The notes beneath the pieces are model-generated. The model ran no database searches. It saw only the letters and a program-made list of their open reading frames with translations, and was not told where the DNA came from. DNA of 60,000 bases from Lytechinus pictus (lineage: Eukaryota). The stretch lies in the NCBI RefSeq assembly GCF_037042905.1, contig NC_087245.1, positions 20,276,001 to 20,336,000 on the forward strand, read 5' to 3'. A program made the position numbers and the translations under genes. Of the stretch, positions 1 to 11,398 are shown piece by piece (within the stretch, counting starts at the first letter, position 1; every line of letters starts with the position of its first letter).

Positions 1-548
1 TGAACTGATAGAGCTTTCAAGAATGGAATGGATAGAGCTTTACATAATGGAATGAATAGAGCATTAAAGAATGGAATGGATAAAGCTTTAAACAACTGAA
101 TGGATAGAGCCTTAAAGAATTGAATGGAAACAGTTTTTAAGAACTGAGTGAATATAGAAAAAAATGGATAGAGCTTTAAAGAACTGAATGGATAGAGTTT
201 AAAGAGTGGAATTGATAGAGCTCTCTCCATTCCATTCTCTAAAGCTCTATCCATTCTTTTCTATATCCACTCAGTTCTTAAAAACTTTTTCCATTCAATT
301 CTTTAAGGCTCTATCCATTCAGTTGTTTAAAGCTTTATCTATTCCATTCTTTTAAAGCTCTATCCATGCAGTTCTTTAAAGCTCTATCAATTCCTTTCTC
401 TATCCATTCAGTTATTTAAAGCTCCTTTCATTCTATTCTAAAAACTCTATATCCGTTCCATTCTTTAAAGCTCTATCCGTTCCATTCTTTAAAGTTCTAT
501 CCATCCAATTCTTTAAAGCCCTATCCATTCGGTTCCTTAAAGCTCTAT
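1..548. repeat. ~21-22 bp degenerate minisatellite (consensus ~AAAGCTCTATCCATTCCATTCTTT), head-to-head inverted at 220/221
   Basis: 1-220 reads (TGGATAGAGCTTTAAAGAATGGAA)n and 221-548 reads the reverse complement. The centre is the palindrome AGAG|CTCT. Confidence 0.92.
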
Positions 549-858
549 AATAATATGACAATAATAGTAGTAATAATAATAATAAGCATTTATATAGCGC
601 TTTATCAATCTACGACTGCTCAAAGCGCTTCACAATTATTATTACCCGGTCACTGGATTCACAGCATTTCAAGCAGCCTGTTAGGCGCACACTTGCTAAA
701 CCAACCACAATGACAGTTGTTTCCTACCGGTACCCAATAAGCATCTGGGTGGCAAAATGTGGATTGACGCCTTGCCAAAGGATGCTAGGCCATGATGGGA
801 TTCGAACACACGACCCTCTGTTTACAAGGCGAGAACCGCTACACCACGGCGCTTCCAC
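549..858 (-). mobile_element. tRNA-derived SINE inserted in the minisatellite
   Basis: Minus strand starts GTGGAAGCGCCGTGGTGTAGCGG (A box), then GTTCGAATCC (B box), and ends in GCGCTATATAAATGC plus a (TTA)n tail. It is similar to the copy at 22281. TCTAT is duplicated at 544-548 and 860-864. Confidence 0.88.
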
Positions 859-1129
859 TTCTATCCATTCAATTCTTTACAGCTGTACCCATTCCATTTT
901 CTAAAGCTATATCCATTACATTCTTTAAAGCTCTACCCATTCATTTTTTTAAAGCTCTATACATTCAGTTATTTCAAGCTTTATCCATTCTCAGTTCTTT
1001 AAAGCTCAATCATTTCTTTTTTTTATCCATTCAGGCTCTACCCATTCCAGGTTTTAAAGCTCTATACATTCCACTCTTTAAAGCTCTATCCGTTCCAATT
1101 CTCAAAGCTCTATCCATTCTATTCTTTAA
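859..1129. repeat. Continuation of the ~21-bp minisatellite
   Basis: Repeated AAAGCTCTATCCATTC-like units. Confidence 0.9.
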
Positions 1130-3945
1130 TTCAATTCAATTTCAATTCAATCTTTATTTCGCAAAATAAGATAAAAATACAAAGAAACATCAAATAATGT
1201 GATTAGATAATAAAATAAATTGCGTGGCTTTCCATGAAGGTTATAAGAAACCTGTAAGGCTGGATCGCCAAAACATAGTAAAACGACAACAATATTGAAT
1301 TAAAAAAACACAGAATGTCATATCATTATAGTAAATACAATGTAGGAAAAAGGAGGAAAAAAACAACAACAAAGAATACAAAAAGACACGAATCGAAGGA
1401 GGGGGGGGGGTAGATATGGTACAAGTAATGCATTGATATCAACTGCGAAAATTAATAATCATTTACTAGAAAAATTTTGTACTGTTTTCTAAAGGATGAT
1501 ATAAATTGTGAATTAGTTATTATTTGGGGAATCTCGTTCCATTGTTTGGGACCTACATAACTCAATGATTTAGCTTCGTGACTAGACTTGATAGACCATA
1601 AATGAAATTTATTGGAAGAACGGGTATTATGATTATGAACTTGATTATTGTATTGAAAAAGATCTGAAAAAGGAGTGGGTAACAACCTCTTCTTGTACTT
1701 ATACATAAATATTGCGAGTTCTTGCTTATTAATATCATATATATTAAGTAAAGACAATTTCTTAAATAAAGGTGCGGATGGTGCTAGGTAATGGGAATTG
1801 GTAATTATTCTTAAACATTTCTTTTGAATTTTGAATATTGAGTCCAATTCATATGAGGTAACATTGGTAGCCCAGACAATATTGCAATATTTTAAATAAG
1901 GGAAAATTATGGAATGGTATAGAGTTATCAGATTTTTATGAAGTAAACTATGCTTAAGTTTGTAAATTAAACCAGTATTCCTACTTATCTTATGTAATAC
2001 ATTTATCATATGGTACTTAAAACTCAAAAGATTATCCAATGTGACACCTAAAAAGTTAATGGAATTACTTAATTCGATACGTTTATTGTCGATATAAATG
2101 TGAATATGAGCGTTGTCAATTGGATTATAATTATTAGATTTGTCAGTATGGGTTCGTGTTAAAGATTTATTTTTATTAAAATAGATGCATCTAGTTTTAT
2201 TGATATTCAGGGACAACTTATTTGCTTTCAACCAGTCGGAAACATTTTGGAGTTCATTGTTCAGGATGTGGATGGTATTATTTAAATCTTTAGAAGAATA
2301 AAAAATACTTGTGTCATCAGCAAATTGATAAAAGGTTAACAAATTAGATGATTTACAAAGGTCGTTTATATATAAAAGAAATAACAAGGGGCCTAAAATT
2401 GATCCTTGCGGTACCCCAACGGAAACATTTAATGAAGAAGATAAGACACCGTGGACAAATGTATGTTGAACCCTATTTAAAAGATAATCCCTAAACCAGT
2501 CTAACGCGATCCCTCGAACTCCATATTGATTAAGTTTAAATAAAAGTAATGAATGGTCCATAGAATCGAAAGCTTTAGATAGATCTAAGAAGACCCCAAT
2601 TATATGTTCGTCAGCAATAAATGAATCCATTATTTTTTGTTTAACTTTTAAAAGAACATGCTCACAGGAATAAGTGGGTCGAAATCCGTATTGAGAATCA
2701 CTTAAGATATCATTACTGTTTAAAAACTTATGTAATCGATTATATACTAGTCGTTCAAGCAATTTGGAGAAACATGGTAAGAGGGATATTGGTCTATAAT
2801 TTACAAATTTATCGGGGTCATCTTTCTTAAAAACGGGAATTACTTTAGATTCTTTGAGTTTTGAAGGTACTTTCCCAGTTGCAAAAGACAGATTAAATAC
2901 GTGAGCTAAAGGCAAGGCAATGGCATAAATGACACGCTTAACAACTTTACAATTTACGTTATCAATTCCACAACTTGCACTACTTTTAAGGCATTTACAA
3001 ATATTAATCAATTCATTTATATGTACAGGTGATAAAAAGAAGGAACCAACCACATTTGTTCGACAATAAAAGTGAGAAGAATGAATAGATTGTGGGACCA
3101 TATCACTAATATTTTTTCCAATATTTACAAAATACTCATTGAATGCATCAGATATTTCAGATGGTTGAGAATATATTTTTTGATTACATTTAAACACTTT
3201 GGGGATTAGATTTTTCTTCTTACCTAATAACTCATTAATAGTTTTCCATGTCTTTTTTATACTACTCTGATTCATATATAATATTTTTTTGTAATATTCT
3301 TGACGAGATATACGAATGATATTAATAAGTTTATTTCTAATTTTTTTAAATTTTCTCTCGTTACTGGCAAGTCTAGTTTGGCAAAATATTTTGAAACATT
3401 TATTCTTTTTTTTAATTAATCTTAAAATTTTGTTGGTAACCCACGGTTTTCTATTTCTTCTTCTCCTTTTTTGTTGTTGACGAGGAAAATGTTTATCATA
3501 AAGTTTGATGAACATTTTCATGAATAAATTATAGGATTTGTCAGCATCAATACATGCTAGTACTTCACTCCAGTCAACATTATACAGTTCAACAAAAAAA
3601 CTATTGATCGTTGATTCATTGATTTTCCTTGAAGTGTAATATTGGGCTGAATCATTCTTAAGAATTCCTTTCTTGTAACAAAAAATTGGCATGTGATCAG
3701 TTATTGGAGAATAAAGCACACCCGAGATAATATCACTTTCATTTGTTAATATATTGTCTATAATAGATTGAGATGTATTAGTTACACGAGTTGGCAAGTT
3801 AATTTTGATATAAAAGCCATATTGTGCAACCGTATTCATTAAGTTGATAGTACTATTTGAAGTCATATTCAACAAATTGATATTATAATCTCCAAGTAGA
3901 TATATTTGTTTGTTTTCTTTTGAAAGTTTTTGCAATAAATCAAAG
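1130..3945 (-). mobile_element. 5'-truncated non-LTR retrotransposon of the CR1/L2 (Crack-like) group
   Basis: Contains an ORF2 fragment, a ~320-bp 3' UTR, AATAAA on the minus strand at 1153-1158 and an (ATTGA)n tail at 1130-1151. CTTTAA flanks both ends (1124-1129 and 3946-3951), and the minisatellite resumes after it. Confidence 0.93.
1452..3935 (-). CDS. LINE ORF2 fragment: C-terminal part of AP endonuclease plus reverse transcriptase, N-terminally truncated (no true start codon)
   Basis: APE motifs LLGDYNI, PTR..S.IDNI and TDHMPI. RT motifs NYRPISLL, QYGFR, FLDLSKAFD, GVPQGSILGPLLFLLYIND, FADDT and FLGV.LD. C-terminal GPKQWNEIP. The frame stays open to the 5' junction; the listed start is a TTG. 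Confidence 0.95.
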   Translation of the reverse strand: MQKLSKENKQIYLLGDYNINLLNMTSNSTINLMNTVAQYGFYIKINLPTRVTNTSQSIIDNILTNESDIISGVLYSPITDHMPIFCYKKGILKNDSAQYYTSRKINESTINSFFVELYNVDWSEVLACIDADKSYNLFMKMFIKLYDKHFPRQQQKRRRRNRKPWVTNKILRLIKKKNKCFKIFCQTRLASNERKFKKIRNKLINIIRISRQEYYKKILYMNQSSIKKTWKTINELLGKKKNLIPKVFKCNQKIYSQPSEISDAFNEYFVNIGKNISDMVPQSIHSSHFYCRTNVVGSFFLSPVHINELINICKCLKSSASCGIDNVNCKVVKRVIYAIALPLAHVFNLSFATGKVPSKLKESKVIPVFKKDDPDKFVNYRPISLLPCFSKLLERLVYNRLHKFLNSNDILSDSQYGFRPTYSCEHVLLKVKQKIMDSFIADEHIIGVFLDLSKAFDSMDHSLLLFKLNQYGVRGIALDWFRDYLLNRVQHTFVHGVLSSSLNVSVGVPQGSILGPLLFLLYINDLCKSSNLLTFYQFADDTSIFYSSKDLNNTIHILNNELQNVSDWLKANKLSLNINKTRCIYFNKNKSLTRTHTDKSNNYNPIDNAHIHIYIDNKRIELSNSINFLGVTLDNLLSFKYHMINVLHKISRNTGLIYKLKHSLLHKNLITLYHSIIFPYLKYCNIVWATNVTSYELDSIFKIQKKCLRIITNSHYLAPSAPLFKKLSLLNIYDINKQELAIFMYKYKKRLLPTPFSDLFQYNNQVHNHNTRSSNKFHLWSIKSSHEAKSLSYVGPKQWNEIPQIITNSQFISSFRKQYKIFLVNDY

Positions 3946-4282
3946 CTTTAAAGCTCTATCCATTCCATTCTTTAAATCTCTGTCCATTCCATTCTTTAAA
4001 GCTACATCCGTTCAATTCTTTAAAACTCAACTAATTGCTTTCTTTATCCATTCGGTTCTTTAAGGCTCTACCCATTCCAGTTTTTTAAAGCTATATATAC
4101 ATTCAACTTTTAAAAGCTCTATCCGTTCCAATCTTTAAAGCTCTATCCATTCCAATCTTAAAAGCTCTATCCGTTCCAATCTTTAAAGCTCTATCCGTTC
4201 CAATCTTTAAAGCTCTATCCGTTCCAATCTTTAAAGCTCTATCCGTTCCATTCTTTAAAGTTCTATTCATCCCGTTCTTTTC
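3946..4282. repeat. Continuation of the 21-bp minisatellite (AAAGCTCTATCCGTTCCAATCTTT units)
   Basis: Near-perfect tandem units at about 4110-4260. Confidence 0.92.
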
Positions 4283-4384
4283 AGCGTTTGAAATCATGAA
4301 CAGGTTACGAATATCACTGAACCAATAAGGCGAGTGCGATGGGTGAGCTGAAAACCTTTGGTCCCTGATCTGATAAAGAGATAT

Positions 4385-4608
4385 ATATCTGCTTATCTAT
4401 CTTTATTTTCAATCGTTTCTCTCCCCCTCTCCCTTCCCTTTTGTCTACTTTTTTTTCTTTCCAATTTCTTTCCTTTATTTACCCCTTTCTCCCCTCTGTT
4501 TTTATTTTATCCCCTTTCCATTTCCTTCCTTTCTTCTCTTATCTCGATATATATTTTTTTCTATTTCTTTTTTCTCCCTTCATTCCTTTCTCTCTCTCTC
4601 CCTCTTTA
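4385..4608. repeat. Pyrimidine-rich low-complexity tract
   Basis: C/T-dominated plus strand. Confidence 0.7.
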
Positions 4609-4759
4609 GATTTAAAATAGATTGGGGGTGGGCACGGGCTGGGTGTGCCATCCCCAGATCTGCCATTGAGCCTATCCAAAATGTGTTTTAGTGCATTTTC
4701 GGATTCATTCGGAAAAATTAGCTTTTGCCTGCAACGAATTGCTTTCGCCATCCAATATT

Positions 4760-5082
4760 CAATCTGCTCGAGTTATAATTGTAGAGATCGCGTTTAGGTC
4801 GAGTTTGTCTACGCGGTCGAGTAGAAGTCGAGTGTTGACCATGCAAAGATCGTGCATTGTTCATATATAGATCGGTATGTTCGAGTAGAGATCGATGTGG
4901 TTGTCGAGAAGGGGACGGTTGGAATCGTAAATGGTCGGGTTTGGGTCGTATACGATCGAGTATAGCTGTCGGGAAGGGCTCGTGTTTAAACACGATCAAC
5001 CATTTAGTTGGAATTGGTCGTGTAAAATGGGCGATCGGGCTTTATCGAGACTCTTCGGGTTGATCTGATCGGCAGTGTGAAC
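4760..5082. repeat. CpG/TCGA-rich degenerate repeat, probably a fragment of a non-autonomous DNA element
   Basis: Dense TCG/CGA motifs in an AT-rich background, ending at GATCGGCAGTGTGAAC. I found no partner terminus. Confidence 0.4.
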
Positions 5083-5184
5083 TACATAGCAGTAAATCTC
5101 CATTCTTTAATCTCAAGCTTTTAATTATGCATGGATAGTTGATTATGTTGAAAGAGGTTCGTTCCTCTAAACGTAAGCACAATA

Positions 5185-5495
5185 TCGTATGGGCGAAGAC
5201 AAACTTCCCGATTATATTGAAGAATATTCTTCTCTTGATTTATTCAAGTCTATTTTAAAGTGTTACATCTTCCAACGACAAATAAAGATTGTCCTGATAT
5301 TGATGCAGTATAATTATGTAGTTCCCAATTCTCAAATTTCGGTCCCAGATTTGTATTATGATGTATGTAGGTTTAATATGATTGTTTTTCTCTTCTTTTT
5401 GCTTTGTTTCTCATTCCAATTTTTTAGAGCGCAAAGAGACTTTATTGTAATTTTGTGCTTTATAAAATTTGAGTATTATTATCATCATTATTATG
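5185..5495 (+). mobile_element. Degraded 3' end of an L2-type LINE
   Basis: Translation LPDYIEEYSSLDLFKSILKCYIF matches the L2/CR1 ORF2 C-terminal pattern (LP..I....SL..FK..LK.YLF). The 3' end is AGAGCGCAAAGAGAC...GTGCTTTATAAAA followed by (TAT/CAT)n. Confidence 0.72.
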
Positions 5496-5891
5496 AACGC
5501 ACGTTCGATTGAAAAAAAAAAACTGCTGTTAAAAGAATGTATTACAATGTGGTTTGGGTAGTTCGGAACGAAATTGGCCATTAGATTGTAGACCTCCTTT
5601 CAGACATTTAGTTTAGGATGTCCTTTTCATGAACTTAACTTGATAAGATATCATTTGTTGTTATCAAAGAAACGTATGAAGTAGCTATGAACAAATCTTA
5701 ACATCTGGGTAAATTATTCACCATTAACCTCGATACATCACGCATTTATGTTAAAATGACGCTTTGATAAGAAATCAAGTACCATAAACTAACGTATTTG
5801 AAAAGGTTAAAAGGAAAGAAAAAAATAAGTAAATATATCGCGGTCTGTATGTTCATTGCGATCCTCAATACGTCGGGTTTAAGAGCGCCAG

Positions 5892-6213
5892 ATTAGACTT
5901 TGACCGGATATTCTTTTTTGTAACTTTTCATCAAGCATAAAGAAATTATATTTTTGAAATGGGATATTTATTAGGATAAGTGTCCCAATAATCCTTAATT
6001 TTACCAGCCGCAACTGCTCGCTCCCTTTCGAACCTGTTATTAAAAATTCATCTATTTCTTTATAATACATACCTGTCTTCAATTTTTTTTTTTGCAAACA
6101 ATAAATGAAAATAGAAATTAACGTTTGGGGTAATTGTTTTGTGGGAGTGTGCGCGATTTTTCGTGGACGAGTCCTTGGGCAGATAAGTGTCCCATCCATA
6201 TCTAAGTCAATCA
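5892..6213. mobile_element. Possible degenerate MITE
   Basis: GATTAGACTTTGACCGGA and TCCATATCTAAGTCAATC form an imperfect inverted pair. GATAAGTGTCCCA occurs twice internally. Confidence 0.3.
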
Positions 6214-7149
6214 TTAGAAAAATAAAATTTCTTTAAAATACGGGTAGGTTAATACGTTTCAGTTTTGAAATGAAAACGGCATTCCGTGCTAAACTGATCG
6301 TGCGTTTTGAAGGAAAATTTAAGTTTACTACATTCCTTTTTTATATCTAGCAACGGATGAAGTGTGTCCATGATTTTCTATCCACACATAAGTAGATGAT
6401 AGCTTATTTTTTTATATGAATGAACTCATACCGCCAGTATCAGAAGGATTCCTTGTTTCTCATATCGGCAAGTGTGATATAACAATTTATGCTTCAATTA
6501 TCATCCAAAAAGTAACCGCAAAAGAATATGAAACATTGCAAAGAACTATCACATGTAGTAGAAAAATATTGATGTTAAGTCACGTCCTATATGTTGTCTT
6601 CTACGCATTAGCGTATGTCCTTCATGACTGGGTTAAGAAAATAAAAAAAAACATTTCGGTGGGCGGAGTCTTTAAATGACGCTCGGCAAAATCAAATTGA
6701 ATCATTGCTTATACCGTGGAGTGTTTGTTTAACAGACAGAGGGGTAGCATCTTCTTACGTACATACATATTGATCATTGCTATTACAGTATTTTTCCCAC
6801 TCATTCCATTTTTTCCCCTTCTGGCCAGGGTTCCCAGTTTTTTTCATTAATAAAAACATAGACCCCCACCTGCACAACAGCCAAGCAAGTCCGTTGCCTG
6901 GCACGAGTTCCGGTAGATGAGGGATGTTGCCGTGATTCTCTTATTTTTCCTTGTGAAGTCTATTCATCTATGCTCAGTCATCCGTTTTTGTGGCATTGTG
7001 CTTCACATCTTATCTGGCTTTCCACTTGTTTTCGAACTTGAGACAACTTTTAAATCAACTGATGTACGGTGATTGTTTTGTGTTATCATTCCTTTCTTGC
7101 TCCTACATATACCTATGAACACGCTTCCTCATAGACATATAATATACCT

Positions 7150-7433
7150 GCATCGCCGGGAAAATTGTCTCATACCTTTACATACTATTGGCCCATCTCA
7201 TACCATTTGTATTAAAGTAAAATTATTCAATTTTGAAGTACTTAAAAATTTCAAGTTTCTATACAGCATAATTATACTTCACTACGAATTACAGTATAAT
7301 TTCTCTTTATGACTGATTCAATATTTATCTACTTTACTGCATGTTTGTTATGTTGAATCTAATTATGTTAAATTGTTAGACTCCTTGAGCATTCCTAACG
7401 AGTGGATATGTGAGAAGTAGTTATTATCATATT
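7150..7433 (+). mobile_element. Possible highly degraded L2-type LINE 3' end
   Basis: The terminal CTCCTTGAGCATTCC...TGGATATG...TTATTATCAT resembles L2 3' tails. Confidence 0.35.
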
Positions 7434-9461
7434 GTCTTGCATACTGTTTTGTGTTTGAAAAATTCTTATTTTTCTAGATCAATATAGAAAAATAATTTTT
7501 ATTTTGTCGCTGCGCTCCTTTACAATCCCCATACTGCAATGTATTATTGTTCACCATATTGGGGACAAAATGCCAAGTCTAATTGGTATAAAAAAAAACT
7601 TAATAAATGTTGTTTTTTCACTTCGTTGCTCTATTCTACACCATTTTTTGTTTAGAATACTAATTTGTAATGATTAAATTGAGAATGTTCATGCTTGGTA
7701 GCCAAGATGGGACTATAAGGTGCAATGGTAGATAGCCTCTATGTTCATGTACATTTTGGTGTGCAAAAGGTCTTAGTACAGAATGATCAAACGTAAAATT
7801 TCAAATCCATGCCCATCTTCGTTTAGTTTGGGACCGTAGTTTAGAATTTCGAATCCCTTTTGGTGAGCATCTCCAATTGAAATACTCCTCACATAATGGA
7901 CTTGCCAGCGAAATCGCAATCATCCAATCATAAAGAAAGGAACTGTTTGAGCTCGACCACTGACAGAAATATTGAAACAAAATTACCAGCAAGTCCTTGT
8001 ATTGTGTGTTGTTTAATTCGAGTCTGTGACGTCCTCGCTCTTTTGTGACTATATTTGGAAGAAAGCCAATTTTCCCTTGTGGCGTCTCCACCCCTTTCCT
8101 GTAAATCATTATGCTCCAGGGTATCCCGAAGCGCAGGGAAGATTGAATCTGTTGCAATCTCAAGAAACATTCGATAAAACATCCGCATAACCTGGTATGA
8201 CAGAGTATTCTTAGAGAGGAACATATTCATTGATCTGTGATGTGAATGAAAATTACTTCGAAATCTATCGATATATGGGAAATTCGTAAATCGAGATACC
8301 AAAACAAAAACTCTAGCACAGAAATTCGATTGTTTTTATTTCTTATTTTGTCTCCTTCCTCGCATACGCATTCTCTTTCTGTCATACACATACACCCACA
8401 TACCAACATTTAAAAGTGAAGATAGCGAGGGTGTTGGGAGGGGTGTTATGATTCAATGAATATGTTATATTTTCGAATTATTCAATTGCAGGCGGTTTTT
8501 TTTTTTACTAATGTACATGACCTCCTTCATCCTCCCCTTTTCTGTTCTCTCCCCATCTCTCAAATATAATACAATGATTCTAATAATGTTAATTGATAGA
8601 TAACATATATCAAATGATATCAAATACATATACACCTATCAGGGCTTTAAAAATCATGCAGATTTGAATATTTCAATTCAATGTATGAAGGCAAAAAATA
8701 TCATTATGAAATTATTTATCAAGAAAAGTCTAAACAAAGCACTTCCCCCAGAAAGGTCCGAAAACTTATATTTGTATAGTTACTATTACTCTTCGACTTT
8801 TTTATATAGATACATGTATGTAAACACAGAAGTAAGTGCCTTTGGCAACTTGCAAATATTTTAAAGTTGTCTAGAAATATGACCTTTTTAATCCAAAAGG
8901 CCAAGTGAAATTTAAAGAGTACGACGATTTGCATAATAACATAGAGCTTACGATTCTTATATTTCAATAACATGCCCTTTTCAAGCTTAACCTATACCTA
9001 CTTGTCAGAGAACGAACTTTAAGATTTGGTCGACAATGTTCAATATCGGTTATCTAACACACGTTTTTCTGGGCATTTCCCCCGAAATTATCCTTATGGC
9101 CACTCAACACCTTAAATCTTGTGTAGTATGTAAATCAAGATAGAATTTCCAAATAAATTTAAAACATTTGATGAAAAAACGATTACAAATCAATAGATAA
9201 GAATGTTAGGAAAACAATGATGTGTAAAAAATACATAAAAAAGAGAGAAGAAGAGGACCACACAAAAAATACGATTTTAACACACACAAAAAATGCAAAG
9301 TATTTGATTTAAAAATCGTGTCCGCTAAAAGCCAATTTTTGGTTTGTATTAAATACACAAATACACCAATTATGAAATACAATCAAAATCTTGATCCTAT
9401 AGGATCCCTATTTGGTTATTTTTTTTTCATGGAAATGGCGCTTTGATATTTTCTGATTATA

Positions 9462-10446
9462 CAGTGCGTATCAAAACAAAGTTTACACTTTGAAAAAGCC
9501 CTGGGAATTAAAAAATATACAACATGTGGGTAATTTTTTCACATATAATCTTGGGTTTGGGTCTCATATAACCAATGACAGAAGGATTTTTGACAGAATG
9601 TTACACGTGAGTGAGCACTGTCCATTTTTGTAAAGCTCGCAGAAATCTGTTTGCGCAGAAATGCTTGTTTTCACGCTGTGTCAAGGGGAAAGGGCAAAAT
9701 CAAACTTACCCTGCGATACATTTCTCATACATTTCCCTTGCACTTTTAGTCAATTGAATAAAACAGATACATTCAAACATTTTGTAACAATTTTGCCACC
9801 CAAATTGAAATTTCAACACTTAGTAAGCACAACCTTTACCATTTTTGTACCAGCTGGATCTGAGGACATAATTGAATCTGAACAAAAGTTTATATGAGAC
9901 ATCTCCAGCATTTTTCACTAAGGTTTTATCGTTTAAAGTGGGTTTACATTTCATTTTTCATTCAATATTGTTTCTCCACACTTTTCCCAAGCTTGACAAT
10001 GATTAACAAAATGAAAATCAAGCCTAAGCCATTTCATGTAAATCACAACTCAGTGTAAAGCAAATATCGTCACAATGGCCTTGGTGTGTGGGGGAGTGGG
10101 GTGGGGCGCAATGCATTCTTCGAAGTGTTTTGAGCAAGGAAACAAGTTAAAAAAAGGTAAAAGATATCTTCAAATCAATTTTACTAGCCAAATTACATGT
10201 GTTCTTCATAATTAAGGTCCACTTTTATTCGCATAGCTATTTCAAAGTTCTGCGCAAATAATTTTTCAATAACTTTTCAAAAGTAAGTGGTGCTCACTCA
10301 AGCGGAAATATTTTTCGACAGTTATATCGTCATTTGCTTAAATGGATCTGTACCAATGTTAAAATGTGGAAAAATCTTCAGGATATTACAAATGTATAAT
10401 TTTACAGGACTTTTTCTAAGTGTAAACTTTTTTTTGATACGCACTG
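9462..10446. mobile_element. Non-autonomous Tc1/mariner-like TIR element (985 bp)
   Basis: Left end CAGTGCGTATCAAAACAAAGTTTACACTT, right end AAGTGTAAACTTTTTTTTGATACGCACTG, with TA on both sides. No transposase ORF. Confidence 0.88.
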
Positions 10447-10671
10447 TATAATGAAAGAAAAATAGTTAACCTTGCAGTTAAGAATAAATATAATTATATT
10501 TATAGAAAATTCTCGATTTATTGAGAATTCGAGCTATGAAACAATAAAGTGCCACGTTTTAAATATTCACATTTATAATAAGTTTTAGGTCCCCAGACCT
10601 ATCGTAAGGTGTTTTATGACCCTTAAAATGAAGCATGCATTCACCATTGAAACGCTTTGCTTAAGATTTGA

Positions 10672-11112
10672 AGGGGATGTTTACCCTGACAAATATTTTA
10701 TTGTAAAAATAGCGAAAAGATAATAACAAATATTGGTGAAGAATTGAGGAAAATCCATCAAAGATTAGAAAAGTTACTAGAATTAAATGTTTTGAATGTG
10801 ACGTCATATGCGAGCAGCTACCCCATATATCGAATAGTAAAAAAAATCATGAAATGTCATTTTCTATAAAAAATGAAAACGGATTGAATTGTACTTTTAG
10901 TATATTAACATATTATTTCACCCCGCTCTTGGATGGTGTTTTTAGTCACCATGAACAATATGGGGTATAGCAGCTCGTATATGACGTCACAAAAATACAA
11001 TTCTAATAACTTTCTAAATATTTAATGGATTTTCCTCAAACCTTCACCGTTATTTTTTAATTATTTTTCTAGTATTTTTAGAACAAACTTTTTTTCAGGG
11101 TGAAATTTCCCT
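10672..11112. mobile_element. Palindromic MITE, Kolobok-like (AG...CT termini, TTAA-type target)
   Basis: Ends AGGGGATGTTTACCCTGA and TCAGGGTGAAATTTCCCT, with flanks TTGA and TTAA. Internal inverted pair TGTGACGTCATATGCGAGC / GCTCGTATATGACGTCACA. Confidence 0.8.
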
Positions 11113-11227
11113 TTAAAGCTTTTAGACCAAAGTCACCGAAGGAAAGACATTCGCTTCCGTTCCTAAGGAGCAAAAGTTTTAATAAATATGCATTTAGCAT
11201 TCGGATCAGCCCGGGCTGTTCAACCAG

Positions 11228-11398
11228 GTGGGTGTTTCATAAAGCTGTTTGTAAGTTAAGAGCGACTTTAAGAACGACTGGTGATCCTTTCTTGTGGTAA
11301 ATGATATATTCATTGGCGATGGTTAAGCGCGTAAGAAAGTATCACCAGTCGTTCTTAAAGTCGCTCTTAACTTACGAACAGCTTTATGAAACGGCCCC
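11228..11398. mobile_element. Palindromic MITE, PIF/Harbinger-like
   Basis: Inverted arms of about 55 bp: GTTTCATAAAGCTGTTTGTAAGTTAAGAGCGACTTTAAGAACGACTGGTGAT and ATCACCAGTCGTTCTTAAAGTCGCTCTTAACTTACGAACAGCTTTATGAAAC. Flanked by CAG/CTG. Confidence 0.85.

Noticed and set aside
2305..2330. FADD instead of YADD in the RT active site as a novelty, or a retron/DGR-type RT
   Set aside because: FADD is common in CR1/L2-group LINEs. The APE domain, 3' UTR and tandem tail identify an ordinary LINE.
1..4282. CRISPR-like array, or repeat-protein ORFs (792-1169, 4103-4297)
   Set aside because: These are contiguous degenerate 21-bp units with no unique spacers and no cas genes. The ORFs are translations of the satellite.
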